Part shown: positions 59,584 to 64,000 of the stretch, one piece after another
Position numbering within the stretch: position 1 is the first letter of the stretch
Layout: every line of letters begins with the position of its first letter
Assembly: GCF_006345805.1 (NCBI RefSeq)
Contig: NC_043005.1
Coordinates: 35,402,001-35,466,000, forward strand
Direction of reading: 5' to 3'
Source of the DNA: Octopus sinensis
Lineage: Eukaryota
DNA length: 64,000 bases
Position numbers and translations under genes: made by a program
The notes under the pieces: generated by a model
The model's input: only the letters and a program-made list of their open reading frames with translations
Databases searched by the model: none
What the model was told of the DNA's origin: nothing

Positions 59584-60573
59584 ATCACAAATTGATCTGT
59601 GATAAGACGGGTCGGCGCTCAGTCGAAGATTCTGTTTAGACTCAAAAAGCGCACTCATCGACCATCCGCAGTATTCAGGACAATTTGAATGAGGACCTAT
59701 TTTTTACAATATGTTTTGTACTCATTTCGCACTCGTTCATTTAACACGGTACTCTATTTTTTAACCAAACATCCATGATAACGAGGATAGAAGTATCACG
59801 ATTGCAACTGACGATCATTTTATATATTTGCAGTTCCAGTGTCATAAAACACATTTTGTGATCATCAAATCCATTTTTCGCGTTGTAATCAAGAGATTGG
59901 TGAGATCGAAGCAGTCTTGGAGTCCTACATCATGAAGCAGACATGTTAATAATGTATGAATGGGTGGGTGGGCGAAAGTCAGGCCCACTTAAACAGGACC
60001 CACATAGTTTTGTGGTGACCGGGGTAGAAGTTTGACACTGAAAATAATTTCTTAAAAACATCACCCCCCCCCGTTTATACCCCCCCCTTGCTACCCACAT
60101 CAACGAAACGTGAGTATGGGGTAATGACTTGTTCTGTTTATTTTACATTAGGAAGCTAAATTAACACAACAACAACAACAACAACAACAACATGACAATG
60201 AAAGCTTGTTTTTATTCCAGTTTGTTTTAAACTTCGTCTGGCGGAGAACAATAACAGAGAAAAGTTTGTTGAGGCGGTGGAGGTGAAGTAGGGGTGAGCT
60301 GTGTCACTCAGGATAGAGTTTTTTTTTTTATTTGCCCCCACCCCCACTCCAAGATTAAAGAACATTTCAGGGGCTGAAATAATATTGTAATTTTATTTAT
60401 TTTTATTAATGTCCAAGAAAATGGGTGTTTTGAAGGTGACAGTTGATGTGGAGTTTGCGAAAGTGGTGGGTGTGTCGGAGGTGATGACAATGCCGTCGTC
60501 ATTGCCCTGGTTGTTGTTGTTTAGCCCTGGGGTCGATGTGCTCGAGTATATATATACACACACACACATATAT

Positions 60574-61146
<573 letters not shown>

Positions 61147-61585
61147 AATATATATATATATAATATATATATATATATAGGACTACATTCACTTATGTGT
61201 CCTTCAGACAGTAAAGTGAAACTGTTAGCTGCTGTTTTTAGCATGTCGAGCCGCCACACGCAGGCGTCCCTCGTTGGCTCATTCTTGTTGCTGATGGAGG
61301 TGGTGGTGGCAGGGATGGTGGTGATGATGACGGTGGTGGTGGTGGGGGTAATGATTGTTATAGTGGTGCTGCTTTTGTTGTCGTTGCTGATGCCCGTGGT
61401 TGAGTGTGTGTAGGGGTACTAGAGGTGATGTTGGTTGTAGTTGTAGTGGTAGTTGTGTTGGTGTTAGGTGTGACGGTTCCGATGGTATTAGTGGTGGGTT
61501 GGGTATGTTAGTGGAGGTGGTTACCGTAACAATTTCTGTTAATGGCATTGACATAGGAAGGCAAAGATAGAGGTGATAATGGTGA

Positions 61586-61656
<71 letters not shown>

Positions 61657-62299
61657 TAGTAGTAGTAGTAGTAGTAATTGTTGTTGTTGTTGTTGTTGTT
61701 GTTGCTGATTGTGTTGCTAGTTGTATTAGTAGTAGAAACAGTTGTTGTTGCGGTGTTGCTATATTTTTTTGGTGGAAATGGGAAAATGAGGTTGGTGTTG
61801 GATGGAGAGGAATCGGGGAAACTTCTAAAAAAAACGAAAGTCTTGTCTTTTTCGCCGTGTTGTTTTCTTTAATTCCAATTCCAAACAAGGTGTAAAAACG
61901 TGAAAGAATGAAAGAATACACGTGTGGGTCAGAAAGGGAAAAGACATACAGACAAGTGTGTGCGTTTATGTGTAAGCGTATTTGTGTGTGTATTTGTATG
62001 TGTATGTGTGAGCATAGAGTGTGTGTGTGTGTGTGTGTGTGTGTGCTTGTGTGTATAGACGTGTTTTATGTTCGTAAGCGGTCTTATATGGATTCGTTTA
62101 TTTGACATATGCCCTCCTAAACATGTCCCAGCTGGTCTCAAAGATTGTTCTGAAACAATAAAAGGTTCGGAGAGAACAATTCCTCACTAAACGGCAACAT
62201 ACGACGACCATTATAAGAAATACAAACAGAACAACAACATCACCGAAACAGGCGTCTATACCCTCACTAGTAACAATAACAACGATAATAATAATAATG

Positions 62300-62386
<87 letters not shown>

Positions 62387-62456
62387 GTAATAATAATAAC
62401 AGTAATAATAATAAAATAATAATAATATTAACAACGATGATGATGATGATGATGAT

Positions 62457-62496
<40 letters not shown>

Positions 62497-62570
62497 CATT
62501 TATTTGCCGTCAGGGTTAAGGATGAGAGAGACACTACAAAGACAGACATAAAGCGTTCGTGTTTACATAT

Positions 62571-63084
62571 CGTCGTCGTCGGCTTTTATCTCGCATCCGA
62601 CAATTTATTTGCTTCTTTGCTGAACGCTTCCTTTATGGTGATGCCGTTGATGACTCTATAGAAGAATTCTTGCATAGAAGAGTCGATGGCATTGACTGCA
62701 TTGCTGGCAATGTTGGTGGAGGACGAAGTTGATTTTGTCGAATCTTTCACTCCTGTCATTTCATTTCTTCTTTTTCCTCTTTTGGTGGCCTCGAAACTTT
62801 TGGTTCCGATGATGATGGGACACCGCCACAAAGTTCAAGAAAAAGCCATCAGTCAAAGTATCGAATCGCTGATCATGAAACACCGTCTTCGATGGTCAGG
62901 ACATGCAACAAGAATGGAAGAGCCAAGATTCTCATGCCACGTCTTATTCAGTGAGCTCTCTTCAGGAAAACGATCACGGGGTTGCCCTCTTCGAAGATAC
63001 AAGGAAACTAAAAACTCAAAGCAAACTAAAAGCTACTGGAATTGAGCCTAAATCGTTTGAAACACGAGCCCAAGACCGTATCAA
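62571..63084 (-). mobile_element. 5'-truncated, 5'-inverted RTE (BovB-like) LINE with 10-bp TSD
   Basis: Minus 62828-62600 WRCPIIIGTKSFEA..CSQCHRLFYARILL*SHQRHH (CCHH finger) and (GAC)n tail. Plus 62831-63084 SIESLIMKHRLRWSGHATRM..GKRSRG..AQDRIK. TSD GTTT(A/G)CATAT at 62561-62570 and 63085-63094. Confidence 0.85.
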
Positions 63085-63624
63085 GTTTGCATATAATGAA
63101 ATAATAATATACATATAAAGTATGTACTATAGGGAAGTGTACATAGTATACAACAGTAAAAGGGGAAAATGGCTGATAGTGATGTTGTCCTCCTGATACA
63201 GGAGGACTTCTAGAGATAATCGAAGAACCCTATCGACCAAGATCTCCCTGAGCTCCAAGGGCAAGTGATCTACAAAACTAATATCTATGTGTGGACTATA
63301 TTCATTTGGATTCTAGAATCTGTCTAGTTGACGATAACTGACTGACTATCAAGATAACATTTACAGTGTTCCTATACCTGACTATATGGCTCTGTTGCAG
63401 AAGTCTTTCTCTTTAGGCATCAACGGTTTTCATCTATACAACGAGTACCTGTAGACTGCTTTCATCTTTTACAAGAAGCCCATTAAGTTTCATGACCAGC
63501 CTGTTCTCTCGTCTTCTAAACTGCTGCCGAAATTTCGAGAAAACAGGATCTGGATCATTTGCTTTTGCATTTGGTTAGCAAGATTCTTCATGTGAACACA
63601 AGTATTGAAACAGATTTTGTTGTA

Positions 63625-63865
63625 TTGCGAGATCGTGGGTTCGATTCCCAGACTGGGCATTGTGTTGTGTTCTTCAGCAAAACACTTCATTTTTCACGTT
63701 GCTCAGCGATCATTTCACCATCTGACATGTGGCACGTCGTGCACCTGTACAGGTGATGTTAATTTGATGGAGAGAGAGAGCTTATGTGAAAAAAATATTT
63801 GATCACTGTGCGATTGTTCGGCAAGAAAGTACAGAACTCTCATACGTCCTCTAACGACGAGTGAG
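63625..63865 (+). mobile_element. SINE family C-like copy
   Basis: GTGGGTTCGATTCCC head, TTCAGCAAAACACTT body and ..CGTCCTCTAACGACG tail. Confidence 0.65.
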
Positions 63866-63895
63866 TCTGTGTTATGTGTGTGTGAATGTGTGTGT

Positions 63896-63944
<49 letters not shown>

Positions 63945-64000
63945 GGAGGAAGAATAGAGACTTTGAGAGAAAGTGTGTTAATAGTAATTCAGAGAAGATG

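Noticed and set aside
62686-63045. 119-aa ORF with a hydrophobic N-terminus
   Set aside because: Read-through across the RTE inversion junction; the N-terminus is antisense LINE sequence.
63166-63210. DVVLLIQE similarity to an APE endonuclease and a 9-bp hairpin
   Set aside because: Too short, followed by a stop, and no further motifs.

Overview
Eukaryotic, AT-rich, repeat-saturated non-coding DNA. It is most likely from an octopus or other cephalopod; this is inferred from recalled SINE families and microsatellite density, not from a database check. No host protein-coding gene can be firmly identified, only two weak candidate first exons at 3.3-4.7 kb. Nearly all long ORFs in the track are microsatellite artefacts. 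The real content is a layered mobilome. (1) Four Penelope-like element (PLE) remnants, one with an open 389-codon RT-C-terminal + GIY-YIG frame and inverted terminal repeats. (2) Five to six distinct families of minimal type I hammerhead-ribozyme motifs, including a U3-A8 core variant, an A6U variant and one fused to a tRNA-like Pol III head. (3) Three Tx1/L1-clade copies stacked head-to-tail in a (TATC)n tract. (4) Two RTE-clade LINEs with 5' inversions and target-site duplications (TSDs). (5) Fragments of RLE-type LINE, Tc1, maT, hAT-MITE and Helitron. (6) About 30 tRNA-derived SINE copies from several modular families. All coordinates and translations were read by eye, and element boundaries are approximate unless a TSD or TIR is cited.
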